A DNA stretch of 64,000 nt from Lytechinus pictus. Taxonomy: Eukaryota. This document shows, in pieces, positions 14,001 to 54,843 of this stretch. The translations under genes were made by a program, and so were the position numbers. The stretch is taken from positions 24,120,001-24,184,000 of the forward strand of contig NC_087252.1 of NCBI RefSeq assembly GCF_037042905.1. The letters run 5' to 3'. Position 1 is the first letter of the stretch; each line of letters starts with the position of its first letter. The notes below the pieces were generated by a model. That model made no database searches, had not been told where the DNA came from, and was given only the letters and a program-made list of their open reading frames with translations.

Positions 14001-17000
14001 CATAATAACATTTTCAACTTTTTTTTGTGTTTTGTCGTACCCGACCTCATAATTTACTATATACATGATTCAAAAAATAGGTACAACACGTATGCTGTTC
14101 TGTACAGTATCCTTTCCTTTCATCTACGTAAATCTCTCTTTTTAATCTTTACAGTTCTTTCATCTTTACAATGTACATAAGAGTTTGATACAAAGAAGGA
14201 TAGATAGAACGATAAATAGATAGATAAGATAGAACAATAGATAGATAGAAGGATAGATAGATAGAACGATAAATAGATAGATAGAACAATAGATAGACAG
14301 AACGATAGATAGATAGATGGATGGATTAATAGGTGGAAAGAGAGATATGAGGTGAATTATACGAAGAGTGAAAGATAGAAAAATAGATAGATAGATAAAG
14401 GAAGGTAAGTATGTAGGATAGATTGAGGGGCGAGGACTGTGGAAAACAAACGGGAGAAAGAATAACAGGTGGAAATGCAGAAAGAACAAAGAGCTTGAAG
14501 CATGAAGAATAAAGGTAGAACAACAAGTATATGCACAAAGTCCACGAGTGTGTGAGAGAGATAGAAAAAGAGAATGAAAGAATAACAGATAGAAACGCAG
14601 AAAGAACAAAGAGCTTGAAGCATGAAGAATAAAGGTAGAACAACAAGTATATGCACAAAGTCCACGAGTGTGTGAGAGAGATAGAAAAAGAGAATGAAAG
14701 AATAACAGATAGAAACGCAGAAAGAACAAAGAGCTTAAAGCATGAAGAATAAAGACAAAACAAGTAATTGGAAATTAAAGTTCAAATAGACTTGGGAGAG
14801 AGATGAAACATGAAGAAAATTGGAAAAGAGGAAATAAATAGATACAAGATAACAAGGCAGGCAGCCAAATAAGAATGCAGTGACAAATGTATAAATAATG
14901 GTGGAGAACAGCGATTTGGAGAAGAGGAAAAGTGTACATCTCAAACTCGAGGTAATCTGATCAAAATCACATTAAAATTCACCTAAACCGTACAAACCTA
15001 ACTATCTACATCTACTTTGAGATAGTGAGAGAGAGAGAGAGAGAGAGTATAGAGTTGCACCGGAACTGACTTGAGGAATTCCAACATATCATTAAAATTT
15101 ACCATGTGTGACTCGTAAACAAAAAAATGGACACATCTTCCTTGGTTCCCGTGGGCAGGGGGGTAAAAAGTGATGGGGAAGGGGTAAGAGAACAATCCTG
15201 CCCCCCCCCCCTCATGCCACAAAATTAATAATCATGTTAAAGATGAAATATACACTGTACCACCGTTTAAAAAAACACAGAGACCTACCCATTTCTCGGT
15301 ACAAACCCATGAAACGACTTTTGTGTCAGTATTTGCTGAAAATTGTTTATGCCCTTTCAGCATTAATAAAACATGGGACTAAGAAAGGGGTATTCGTCTC
15401 ATTGTCTAAAATTTGTGGTGACATTAAGGTATAATTTATTAAAATGGAATCGTTCTGGTAATTACAATAAGAAACATTATAAGATAAAAAAGGAGCAGGA
15501 TTGCGATAAACATCAGAGACGTAGACACTATTTCTGTGTATTATCATCAGAGAACACATACTTACGGAAAATTGAATATATGGGGCTATACGGAGGTAGA
15601 TTATTTCATTTTCTCTTACTTTTATTTTACAACTCCAGTTTTGTTCACAGACACCATAAAAATAGAGCAAGTGATAAAAAAAAAATCATTCACTGGCAAG
15701 AATACCTATCTATCCTCCAGAACTGGAATAAACCATTAAAACCTGGATGTACAATTTCAAAAGTTTTTTAAATGCTGTATTTCAAAAACAAAGGGTGGAG
15801 TACAGTAACTCCTTGCTACGAGAACTCCCATATTTTCATTTTTCCATACTGTAGCTTTCGATTTCGCACCTGACAGTTCGTCTCTGGATTCACAACGTGA
15901 TACACGTCGGGGGGCCCGTAACACAAAGCTTAGCAATGATCGTACCACATTCTTTTACGATTGATTGCATTGACTACAATGTACAATTAATCGTAAAAAT
16001 GAATCATACGATTAATTGCTAACCTTTGTGTTGCGAGACCCATATTGTTAATCCATCAACAAATACGGGACCTTGCAATTTTTAAAAATTGTACAGCATC
16101 AGAACGGTTGTTCCGGGGAGAAGTAAATTTTTATCATTAAATCGCAACATGTTCCCCTTTACATGTAATTCCAATACAATTTTAGGACCTCAAACTCCCT
16201 GAATACTATAATATTAAAGCCCCAAATCCATAAGGTTAATACAATAGATTAAATTCAATTAAGGGGCAATTCAGAATATTCGATAATCCATTCAATACTG
16301 ATTTTGAAGAAAATAGAGAAAAAGAGTGAAATAAAGAGAAATTCAGCTGCATTGCAATGGTTTTTATGATTAAAAGTTCAATCACATTGAAACAGACTTT
16401 CTTCATTCTTATCTTGTTCTGTTACTTTGAGGATTTAGAAGGAGCTTGATGTAACTTTCAAACTTCCAAGGTAAAAAAAAAAGAATACCAGGGGAGTGTT
16501 TCATAAAAAATCTTGTCCGTGATTTTCACTGATGAATTTGCTCTGAGCCAATCAGATGCAATGATTTAGGTAGCTTATAACAGTTTCATGAAATGCTCCC
16601 CTGGAGAGAGCATTTCATTTGTCCGACAACAAGTAAGATGTGACAACCTTCCTTGATTTTGATTGGCTGAGAAATTTAAGTAATAGACTGTTACTATGGT
16701 AACTGTCAGATAAAACAAGTCCTTGTCGGATAAATCATCATCCAAATCCTTTCATGAAAACCGTCCCTCATTAAACTTATTCTTGTCTACCTTTATTTTG
16801 AAAGCATGGTTAATATTTCTGAAATATTTTCCATTAAAAATCTTTAACGTTGGATGGAAGGCCGTGATCGTGTCATTATTTTGCTGAATACATTTAATTT
16901 CTTGAAATTTCCATACATCTGAGAAGCAGACGACGTTGAGTGGTTTCTCAATAAAAACTCATTTACTCATGAGTAGTAACAGAAACAGTCTCAAAGACTT

Positions 17001-18686
17001 TACATTTGTTAAAATCGAGGTAAGATGTTTTAAGAATATACAGAAAATAGTCCGTTTTGTAAATCCATTTTTTTTCTTCAAAACTACCGATTCAGCCAAA
17101 CGATCTCCACATGTTTTCTTCTACATATGAGGTAAAAGTGAATCCTTGACGATGCAATATACATTTTCGATACGAGAAATAGTTGCAACTCCAATTAATC
17201 TGAACTCAAACCTCCAAGAACAATTAACAAAATATTCTCTGACCTTGTTCCGTGTGAGGTATATATCTGATGGTGCTATATAATTGAGTAGCAGGGTACG
17301 TGGGGTGTTCATACAAGCTGTGTAATACATCGTGATACAGGGGGGAATGTTCATACTTAAGCCTGGCAAGAGTTTCACAGAATGTCTTATCACTGACTTT
17401 CACTGACAATTTATGAATTAATTTGCCATTAGCCAATTAGATGCAAGATGCAAGGATTCGAGAAGCTTTTAAGTTTGTCTGTAAAAATTGATGATGAATC
17501 AAATTTGTGAAACATTCCCCCAGGAGATGGGTTTTACAGAATGTCTTGTCGGTGATTTATAATGGCAAATTTGATCTTAGCCAATCGGATGAAAGAACTT
17601 GAGTGGCTTTTAACAGTTTGTCTGTAGAAATTGACGTAAATCGATTTGTGAAACTCTCCCAAGGAAAGTTCACAGATTGTCTCGTCAGTCATTTTCACTG
17701 ACAAATCTATTTTTGACCAATCAGATGTAGGGATTCGAGTAGCTTATAACAGCTTGACTGTGAAAATGACCGATGAATTGATCTGTGAAACACTCCCCAA
17801 GGTCTGGTAACAGACACGACCGTTCAGGGTTGGCACAATTAAAAATATTTTCTTACAAAAACACATTTTACATTGATTTAGAATATTTATAAAAAAGATG
17901 CCAAATGTATTAAAATGGCCACCACCCTGCTACTGACTGTGTAGGGTAATGGTAATGTAAGAGATCGGGTAGTGCTAAAAACCATGAACTTTAAGGATCT
18001 GATCTTGTGCAGCCTGGTGTTGCCAACTCAAAGAATTCAGACACTTTCAAAGATTAAATACATGGAACACCGACTTATAAATGTGCCTTTTGTGAGGCAC
18101 AACATTCTGTGGATTATTAGAGTGGTAGAGTTCTTGGGAATTCCATGGTGCTCCATAGTTGATGATGTAGTGAGAACTGCGACAGGCTCCGGATCCGTTT
18201 CTAGGAAATATCCACAAGGATGAGGTTTTATGAGGTTTATGAAGAGGGGGGAAAGGTAGGAGACGGCTCCTGAGATGGGTTCCTCTCATCAATGGGGTAC
18301 GTTGTAACCAGAGTTTGTAGCGATCACGACGACGATGCGAAATTCACTGTGATGATGCCTATTTGTATCATATTGCTACCTGAGCCCAGACTTTCCTACA
18401 TGTACAGCCAAGACGTGATCCTATTGAGATTCTTCGCTATGTCTTTCAACTCTTTGGACGTTTCCTGTTGCTATGTTTCTACAGACACGGAGCTATGACT
18501 TCGTTGACTACATTTCCAAAAGCAATAGCAAGCTTGACGAGATATATAACCACCACCACTACAACAAGCCTGAGGGCGACATTTATTCGCGATACCGGTA
18601 CAAGGGGGGATTCTCAGAAGTGTAAGCCGACTAACTACCAAAGGGTCCTAAAAAGTTGGTGAATGAGATCGAGTCCTCAGCAGATG
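11090..18686 (-). other. Probable long DYRK1 3' UTR (~7.6 kb) ending at an ATTAAA poly(A) signal
   Basis: U-rich minus strand, few large TEs, ATTAAA at 11106-11111 followed by an A-run at ~11070-11088; end point is inferred. Confidence 0.5.
14200..14756. repeat. (GATA)n tract followed by ~2.5 copies of a 120-bp tandem repeat
   Basis: Units in register at 14461, 14581, 14701. Confidence 0.95.
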
Positions 18687-45645
<26,959 letters not shown>

Positions 45646-45729
45646 CTGGAAAACACAAACAAAAAAAGAAAATAATGATTAATATTAAGTCTTACAAATA
45701 TATGAACCCAATAAAATGTTTTTATGTGA

Positions 45730-46040
45730 AGGGGAATGAAACCTTTGGAACAAGTGGGCTTGGGTGGAAAGAGAAAATTTAAAGAATAAGATTTGAGAAA
45801 GTTTGAGAAAAATTTGACAAATAATGAGAAAGTTATTAGCATTTGAATATTGAGATCACTAATGGCAAGGAGATCCCTCCGTTGGCAATGCGACATACAT
45901 TACAATAATGATCTGAAGTTCAAATTATCATTTCTAACTTTCTTATTATTCTTTCAATTTTTCTCAAACTTTTGTTGATCTGTTTCTTTGATTTTTCTGT
46001 TTTCACACCAGCTATCTTGTTCCAAAGGTTCCATTTTACT
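45730..46040. mobile_element. Short Kolobok-like element related to family A, abutting the family B copy at a shared TTAA
   Basis: Termini AGGGGAATGAAACCTTTGGAACAAG / CTTGTTCCAAAGGTTCCATTTTACT. Confidence 0.7.
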
Positions 46041-46044
46041 TTAA

Positions 46045-46646
46045 AGGTCAAGTCCACCACAGCAAAATGTTGATTTGAATAAATAGAGAAAAATTAAACA
46101 AGCATAACGCTGAAAATTTCATCAAAATCGGATGTAAAATAGGAAAGTTATGACATATTAAGATTTCGCTTATTTTAAAAAAAACAGTGATATGCACAAG
46201 TCAGTGACATGCAAATGACAGAGTCGATGATGTCCATCACTCACTATTTCTTTTGTGTTTTATTGTTTGAATTATACAATATTTAATTTTTAACAAATTT
46301 GACAATATGGACCCACTTGACTAAACCATGTAGTATTAAACAATGCTAATTCCATATGTTCAGGGAGGAATTATTGTTGTTTCACTTGACACTGAGGAGA
46401 AAAATGAAATATTTCATATTTCATATAATAAAATACAAAAGGAATAGTGAGTGGATGATGTCATCAGTCTTCTCATTTGCATACCGACCAGGATGTGCAT
46501 ATAACTGTTTTGTGAAATTAAGCGAAACTTTAAAATGTCATAACTTTTTTATTTTACATCCGATTTTGATGACATTTTCAGTGTTTTGTTTGTTGGATTT
46601 TTCTCTTTTTATTCAAATAAACTTTTTGTTGGGGTAGACTTATCCT
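46045..46646. mobile_element. TTAA Kolobok-like family B
   Basis: TTAA on both sides, same termini. Confidence 0.9.
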
Positions 46647-47110
46647 TTAAGGATCCCGGTCAGTGCTTTAATAAAAAAACATTCTAAAATTAATTAAATC
46701 AATATAGGTTTAATGGTACAAATTAAATAATCAATTACATACATATGTTCAAAACATGAAAAAAAAATCATCAATATTTCTGTTTGAGGTACATACATTC
46801 TTTGTTTTCTCTTCTTTTTTTAAATTGATCCTTGGACCCTGTTTCACTCAACCTTTGTTATCAATTGTAAGTTTGAAGAACATTAGACATGGTTCACTTT
46901 GATTGGTTGAGAAGAGACTTTAGTATCATAGAACACCTGCATTTGTTATTAGGGGTTCAAGAAGCAAAAAAATTCAAATAAATTCAATTTGGGTCTACAT
47001 GTAAATGGTAGTAAATTCCATTAATACCACACATACAATGCAAATGTAAATCGTCGAAGATTAATAAATAAAGTTAATAAGCCTATGGTTTACATTACTG
47101 AGATATTTAA

Positions 47111-47702
47111 AGGGGAATCCAACCCAAATGAAAACATGTTTTTAGAAGGAAAATAAAAATTAGACAAGTTGATAGGTGAAAGTTTGAACAATATTGGACA
47201 AACAACAAGAAAGTTATGAATTTTCAAAAGTAGTAAATATTGGTAATCACTATACCCATGGACACTTCAAATTGGTCGCATATGGGATGTCATAGTGATG
47301 TAAGGCAAGGACTACTCTTCCATGTACTCCAATACATATTATGGCTAAAATGTCATTTTTCCCAAAAGTTTTATTTCAAATTATAATTTTCTTTCATGAG
47401 GACATAAAATAATATACTACCTGGGTTATATTTATATTACTGCCCCAGGGGAATGGGTACTTAGGAGAAAACCACAAATCCCTGATAATAAAGTACATGG
47501 CCTATGGGGAAGTTGTCCTTGCCCCTTGTCATAATTTACTTACCCAGTTGCCAATTTGAAATCTACATAGTATTAGTGATCTCAATTTTAAAGCAGCTAT
47601 AACTTTCTTATTGCTTGTCCGATTTCTTTCAAACTTTCACCATTCTGTATTTATTTTTCTCCTTCACAACACAAAATTTTATGGCCAAGGCTGGATTCCC
47701 CT
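47111..47702. mobile_element. TTAA Kolobok-like family C
   Basis: TTAA TSDs; TIR AGGGGAATCCA. Confidence 0.85.
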
Positions 47703-48852
47703 TTAAATTTGAAAGAATACAGACTACTAGCATCTCGGCTATTGAAATCATGAATAACATTTTTTTTCCAATAAAAAAGTAGTCTCCTTTAATTGAATAA
47801 CTGAAACAAAGATGCGTGTTATCAACATTTTGAAATGTAAGAAATCAGATACATAAAAAATAACATTTTGTGTATTAAAGTTTACCAATAGATTGCATCT
47901 ATTAAAAATAGAACTCATTTTTAATGCTTTTTTTTTTTTATGTTAGAAAACAGGAAAAGAGATGACATTTATCGCTAAATATCATGGTGAAACGGAAAAT
48001 AGTTCTGTCGATAATTCCTCCAGGATAAAAATAGATGTGCCATTTTGAAACCCGAGACATTCGCACTTTGATTTCTGACAATTCAAACATCGCTAGGGTA
48101 TTCAGCATTCCAATTCTGAGTCATTTATTCAATAAGATCCTGACTTTCAGGTGCGCGTGTGTGCAGCCGATGCACCGCTGGCCGTGCGTGATCAATGGTC
48201 ATTTGGCATGGCCACGCAGCTGACCCGCGTTGATGTGCCCTAGTTTTGACCGGACTTCAATCAATGCGTATTTACTTTCCGCAGGGATGAAATAGTTTGC
48301 GAGGAGGGAGGTGAAAGAGGAAAGAAAAGAAAACCCTGAATGGGGTGAAAGCAAAAAGGGATAGAATTACAATGAATGGCAGGTAGCCTAGTCTTTCAAA
48401 AAAGGCTCATTTTTCTTTATAAAACGACACATGTACAATTGTACCTGTACGTCAAAATGATTCTTGATTATTAATTTCTAATCCAAGTGATTTGTAGGCA
48501 AATACCTTTGTTTTTCATATTTTTATGCTGAAGTATATGTCTGTTTGTGTTTGGGCATCCATGTGTTCATAGTGTTGTGAGCTGCATAAGGTTTTTTTTT
48601 TTTTCTTTTTCTTTTTTTCAAATGCTACATGTACCCGACAGTACTACCTTGCCCCATGCATTCATATTTATGTCAGAGCACTAAACAAAAATACACAAAC
48701 ATACCACCCACATGTTTACGCATTTTAGCTGTTGTTTACGCACTTTTGAATCTCACGACCGGAAAGCATTCATTACACAGTGAAAAACAAAAGTGAATTT
48801 TAGATTGAAATATGCAATGGTGTACTGTCCGTCTAACTGTAAACAACATCAG

Positions 48853-49123
48853 GCCCCTGTCTTATAAAGAGTTGCGATTGATCGGATCAATCGTCACTCT
48901 ATGGAAATCCATCAGTGTCATAATTTTTTCCTACAAAAAATTTGCACAATGTCCTTTGTATGCAAAGAGAAGCGCATTGAATTTTCAAGAAAACAATGAA
49001 TGCATGAATATACATCATAGCTAGAAAATATTTTGAACAAATATGCATAATAGATGTTGACGTTGCTGGCCGTCCATAGTTGCGATTGATTGCATCAATC
49101 GTAACTCTTTGTAAGACGGGGCC
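48853..49123. mobile_element. MITE, Harbinger-like (CAG TSD)
   Basis: TIR GGCCCCGTCTTACAAAGAGTT(A/G)CGATTGAT; copy at 62232-62521; degenerate relatives near 15910 and 60655. Confidence 0.85.
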
Positions 49124-51967
49124 CAGGGTTAACCGATTGAGGAACAAATAAATATGGCTTCATCATACGTATGGGGTAGAAAATAATACTATCCAAGCCT
49201 TAGGAAGCACCTAGGGACATTCAATCCTAATCCTTGGCACAAATATTCACTACTGAATGATATGCACCGTATAAGCTAAAACAACATAATGTGATATGCC
49301 CTATTAATACACAAACTGTTATTATTATAGGCCTTTACTTCTACCCACAAAGAGAACAAGGTTGGCATTCATTTTAATTTTGATTTTTGTAAAAGAAATC
49401 ATAGCGAAAAGAGAGCATTATATCTGATATACATTGTACATAAAAAAGCAGATTTCCTTCAACTACTGTACAATGAGAAATCCCTTAAAATGCTCTATAC
49501 ATAAGGGGGGGGGGGGGGCTAGGAGGATGGGGAGGGAATACTCCGACTTTGCACAGTCTTGCCTCAACGGTTATTAGTATTTATTAGAGCACATTCGAGT
49601 GAACGCGAGCTTGACGTCACAGAATGTCGAGAGCATTGCGATTATGCACTAATGTAAACATGAAACGTCTGCAATACTTGATCAGGGCTGGGTTATGTGT
49701 AGACCTGTATTAATGCGAGTGAGCGTCGCATCGTTGTTTGGGTATTGAAAATCCATACAGCGCTGGTCCAGACATTTCTGTCTGCTCTCTCTCTCTCTTG
49801 TCTTTTCATCTTCCTCTGTATCTGTCTGTCTGTCTGTCTCTCTCCATATGTCTTGGTTTCTCTGTACATTTGTATCTATACCCCCCACCTCTCTCTCTCT
49901 GCATCTGTCTCTATATCTTCCTTTTTGTTACCTCCCTCTTTCTAATGTTTACCAATGGCTATTCATTGTCAATAGGCCCTATATCTTATTCTTTTTTACA
50001 CTCCCGCCCCCCTCTCTCTCGCTCTTTCTACGCATGTCTGCCAATGACTCTTTATTGTAAATATAATTTATTCATTGTGTTTACATCTCTCTCTCTTTCC
50101 ATATCTCACGATAACGCACAGCCTACTTGCAATATCAAGTTTTTAATGAGGAAAGCGACACTTTTATTTAATATCCATATATTTTGATGATCTTTTACGA
50201 CTTGCTTGTTTCGTTTTTATTGTTCTTAATTTACCACTTCCTCATTATCTTATGTATATTTATTGTTCATTGCCCAAGTATTTTTGCCTAATTAACTACA
50301 TACATACTTCTTATGTCAGTGTTAACAAAGGTTACTCTTTTCTAATGTTTGGAATATGAATATGTAATGAGTCTATTAATTGTTTGTACTTAAGTATACA
50401 TATAATCAATTCAGCCATTTGGCTGTGACTCATGTTTTCAATAAACCTTGAATTGAATTGTCATCTATTCTCCACTACCTCCCACTTTAACCTGGGAAGC
50501 ACTTCATAATAGTCAAGTGATTGTTATAAGCTACTGAAATCCTTGCATCTGATTGGCTCGGAACCAATCAGTAAGTGAAAATCACTGCACATTTGCTTCA
50601 TGAAAAACACCCCTCTCAACTCTGTTGTCTTGATAATTATATTGACAGGTATATAATGCTTCATTTGAATGAATGACTTCTCAAACTGACAGCTTTCTTC
50701 CGATCTACAGTATCTATTAAGAAGCAAAATATCAAGGAAAAAAGGCAATGACTAGGAAATCAAAGCAAGCCATCTATCTCTCTGAATGCAAGGTTGTGTA
50801 TGGGAGACATTACTAACACATACAGGTACATATATGTTCAGGTTGGTCGCCACAACGCAATGGTCCTGATTATTGCAACATACAGTACATGAAGTCGAGA
50901 TGTCTACACACACAGAGTCAGAAGTGCAATATACACTGTATTCAACACACTGTCCAGCCGGCGCTACATTCACGGTATACGTCTGAAATACATCAGTCGG
51001 CCGTTTTGCGGGGGCGGCCTCGCAAAGTGAAGCGTCTGTCTTTATGGGGGAGAGAAATGCTGTCTTCGTTGGTAAAAAACATGTTGCTTAGCATCGTATA
51101 AAAGGGAAAACAGAAAATTGAGAAAGATATGAGTTATTATCTGCGTGGGCGAGGCAGAGCCAGTGCTATATTAATGATGATGTTCTTATAATGAATAATT
51201 AAGTGAAAAGGGGGGTCATAAATCAAGCTTTCACTATCAATTTAAGCCAGCAAAGTGATGAATAAAGTATACAGATACGCTGGTAATTCTCATCAACAGT
51301 GGCTCAATTTGTAAATGTGTGGGCTGGTACAAGAAAACGATTTAACGTAAATGGGAACGAATGTCTCAATTGGTTTAAAAAGTAATTGCTGCTATGGGAA
51401 GATGATAGAAAGCGATAGAGGTATTAGACAAAGAGAAAGGGGAAAAAATTGTGACAATTAATAGATAATGTACATGTAGATGCAGACTGATGTATTAATA
51501 AACACAGATAGAAAATGAAACATATGAAAAGGGTGTAAGCAAGATATAAGTACCTGTATACAGATTATAAAAAAAACAAATAGAATGACATACAAATGTG
51601 TGGGGGGAGATACATGTATTGAAAATGATAAAATCAAAATGGGGGAGAAAAGATGAGAAAGTGAGAGCCAACAAAAGAGAGGAAGAGAGAGAAAGAGAGC
51701 CATGTTGCACGAAAATATTTGCAAATTGCTGTTGTTCATTAACAATTGATATTTCAATCGCAACTATGGCAAATTTAATTTTGACTTCTGATTGCAAAAA
51801 GAAGGTCAGGAATCAATCGTTAGTTTGCAAATTATGACCAAAATTATGATTGATTTTGGGAATAAAAATAAACTTGCGATTGATTGCAATTTTTGTTGTA
51901 ATAACCCATTAGATTGAGACAGAGACAGAAGGAGAGAGAGAAAGGAGAACAAGGTATAAAGTGAGAG

Positions 51968-52963
51968 GGTTTATTTCCAATTTGTCTGACGCCAATTCGT
52001 CTGATGACCAACTCGTCTACTATCATGTGGTCTACCATCGTCCACTATCCACAGGGTCTAATTGCCATTTCGTGTAATCACCATTTCATCTAATAACCAG
52101 TTGGTCCAATAGCCATTCAGTCCATACACCATTTGGTCTAATTGGACTCAGTGTTAATTGGGCGAAATGAACGAAGATAAAATAGATATTAGACCAAGTG
52201 GTTATTGGATGAAGTGGTCATAGACGAAGTGGGAATTAGACGAAGTGATGATTGGGCCACACAGTTGTTAGAGGAAGTGTTGATGGAGGGAATGGCATAT
52301 TAAAGACTTTAAAGGAGAATGAAACTCTTGGAGCAAGTTAGCTTTTGTGAAAGCAGAAAAATCAAAGAATAAGATCAACAAAAGTTTGAGTAAAATAGGA
52401 CTAGCAATAGAAGAGTTATGAGCATTTGAATGTCGAGATCACTAATGCTATGGAGATCCTCCCATTGGCAATGCGACCAAGATCTATGATGTCACAGATG
52501 AACAACTCTCCCCTTTTGGACACTGATAATATATCCCAAAACATCTCTTTTTGCTCATTCTAATCATATGACAAATGATTCATCAATGATAAAATGTTGT
52601 GAAACCTCTGTATTTGTCCTCTCATATAAAGAGAACACCTCACCTTATGATAGACTCTATAAAAGTGAAAATATAAGTGACATAAGTACTAAAGTAATGA
52701 GGGAGTTGTACGTGTGTGACATCACAGATCTTGGTCGCATTGCCAATGGGAGGATCTACATGGCATTAGTGATCTCAATATTCAAATGCTCATAACTTTC
52801 TTATTATTCATTCAATCTTCCTCAAACTTTCAACAATATGTTTCTTTGATTTTTCTCTTTGATATGGATTCAGCTGGTTTCAAGGGTTTCATTCTCCTTT
52901 AATAATGAAGGTAGACCATGTGATGAGTGGACGAGTTGGCAATAGATGAATTGGAAATTTACC
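51968..52963. mobile_element. Foldback-type MITE with ~15-bp internal repeats, split by the 52313-52898 insertion; relatives at ~33920-34245 and ~60135-60260
   Basis: Termini GGTTTATTTCCAATTTGTCT / AGATGAATTGGAAATTTACC; repeated (T)CGTCTA / TAGACGA units. Confidence 0.7.
52313..52898. mobile_element. TTAA Kolobok-like family A, nested in another MITE
   Basis: TTAA TSDs; near-reverse-complement of 6626-7208. Confidence 0.9.
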
Positions 52964-54386
52964 AGTGAGTAAGGAAAATGGATGACTGACAGTAATAGAA
53001 ATGGGAATATATATATTTCAAAAATAAGAGGGGGGGGGGGATGAGAATCTAAAGCAAATTAGAAGACAGATAAAGACAAGGAGAATATATACATCCTAAT
53101 TCCATTTGGCGGACAACATCCAACTCAACATGAACCCCTATTGCGATGGCGTTGGGAGGGAGTGTGCGGCAGGGCTTGAGTGACAATGATCATTACACGT
53201 TGTTTATAATCAACGTCTGCAGGAGCGTTGGAAAGTATGCATGCGAACGAGCTGTGCACCAGGGTTCTTTTTCGTACAAGGGGAGAATAACGCCCACGCA
53301 CATCCAGTCTGAGGGGCGAGAGCGAGCTTGAGGGGAAGAGAGAGAGAGAGGGATGGAGATGATGATGAAGAAGATGCGAGGTTCAGAAGTTCATCCATGT
53401 TATTTCTCCAACATCTCCCCCTCTCTATGGTAATGAGGAGAGGGAGCCGCACTTTTTCCTTCGCTGTGCATGCTTTACATGCTAAGAAGACACCATAGAA
53501 CATCAGTCTCTGCATGTATATGTAAACTTGGGGCTTATCTTGTCCTTTTCTTGTATCAATTATCAAAGTGCTGTACAAAAAGTTGTTTCTGTCATATTTT
53601 GCTCATTTATTCCCAAGCAAAATTACATTTCAGGATCATATCACTTATTTTTAGAGATTTTTTCTGTTAAATGACATACTGCTTTTCTATTTTCACTTTT
53701 TAAATGTTTTCTTCTTCTTCTTTTATTGTTTTCTCATCTGTATCCTGTAATATTCACTTTAAATTCCCCCCAAAAAATCCTTTCTCTGGGGTACAATTGA
53801 GGTTTTAAAAACAAAACAGGGTTTCTATTTTCACCTTTTAAATGTTTTTTTTCTTCTTTTTAACGCTAGTTTCTTGCTTTTAGCAAAATATAAAGAAGTT
53901 TATTACTGTTATTGTTTTCTAATCTGTATTCTATACTATTCACTTTAAAATTTCCACTATATCCTTTCTCTGGGGTAAAATTGAGGTTTTAAAAACAATA
54001 CAAGGTTACTTACTTTTCGTGGATGGTAAATGCAAAGATTGTGCGATTCACAAAGCCTTTTTGAATCCCACAAATTTGTGCAATCGGAATGGCATTTGAG
54101 CCAAGATATTGTTTGAAATATTAAATGCAAAGCTGTTTTGAAACGAATTTGTATTTTGTACCCATCGTAATCACTTTATAAAGCCTTCTAAAATTCAGTC
54201 TCTCCAGGAAAACTGGCATATTCCTTGTCATTTATTTAAATTACAAATACCATTTGAAAATATACATGTACTACTACTACATGTAGTATCTAACAAAAAA
54301 TAAAGTAGCAATAAGGGTTATCCAATGAAGACTGAGAGTTATTCATTGTGAGAAATTTTCATCAAAATATGATTTGATCATGTTGT

Positions 54387-54843
54387 GGGCAATTCCATAG
54401 GTTGGTGGACATGAGCTCAATGTGTCTTTGTACATATAGCCCATCTAAACCGTAACGTGAGTAACCACTTTATCTGCACCCCTAGTAAAAACCATGTGTT
54501 CTTTATTTTTTTTAATTATATACAAATTTGTCTCCCTAATATACTTCTTTAAAATGGATATAATCAACTTTCATAAAAGCCTTGCATTAGGACACTTTCA
54601 CTTATGTCCACTTTTCATTTTATGCATGTCCAAATCATGTAACATGAGTAACCGACACATTTCAACGATTTGCCAGGAGCATAATGAAATTTCCCAAGTT
54701 TTGTTTTTATACAAAGGATAGTCAGACTGCGTACTATGTTGTGATAAAGAGATGTTTAGTTCCTATCAATAATAATGGAATTACAGCTCCAAGTATGAGT
54801 CAAGGTGTCTCCAAATGTAACGTGAGTAACCGTGGAATAGCCC
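54387..54843. mobile_element. Second copy of the 4-bp-TSD element
   Basis: Termini GGGCAATTCCA / TGGAATAGCCC; TSD TTGT. Confidence 0.85.

Noticed and set aside
14166..14763. Hydrophobic 145-187 aa ORFs resembling membrane proteins
   Set aside because: Produced by a (GATA)n tract and a 120-bp tandem duplication
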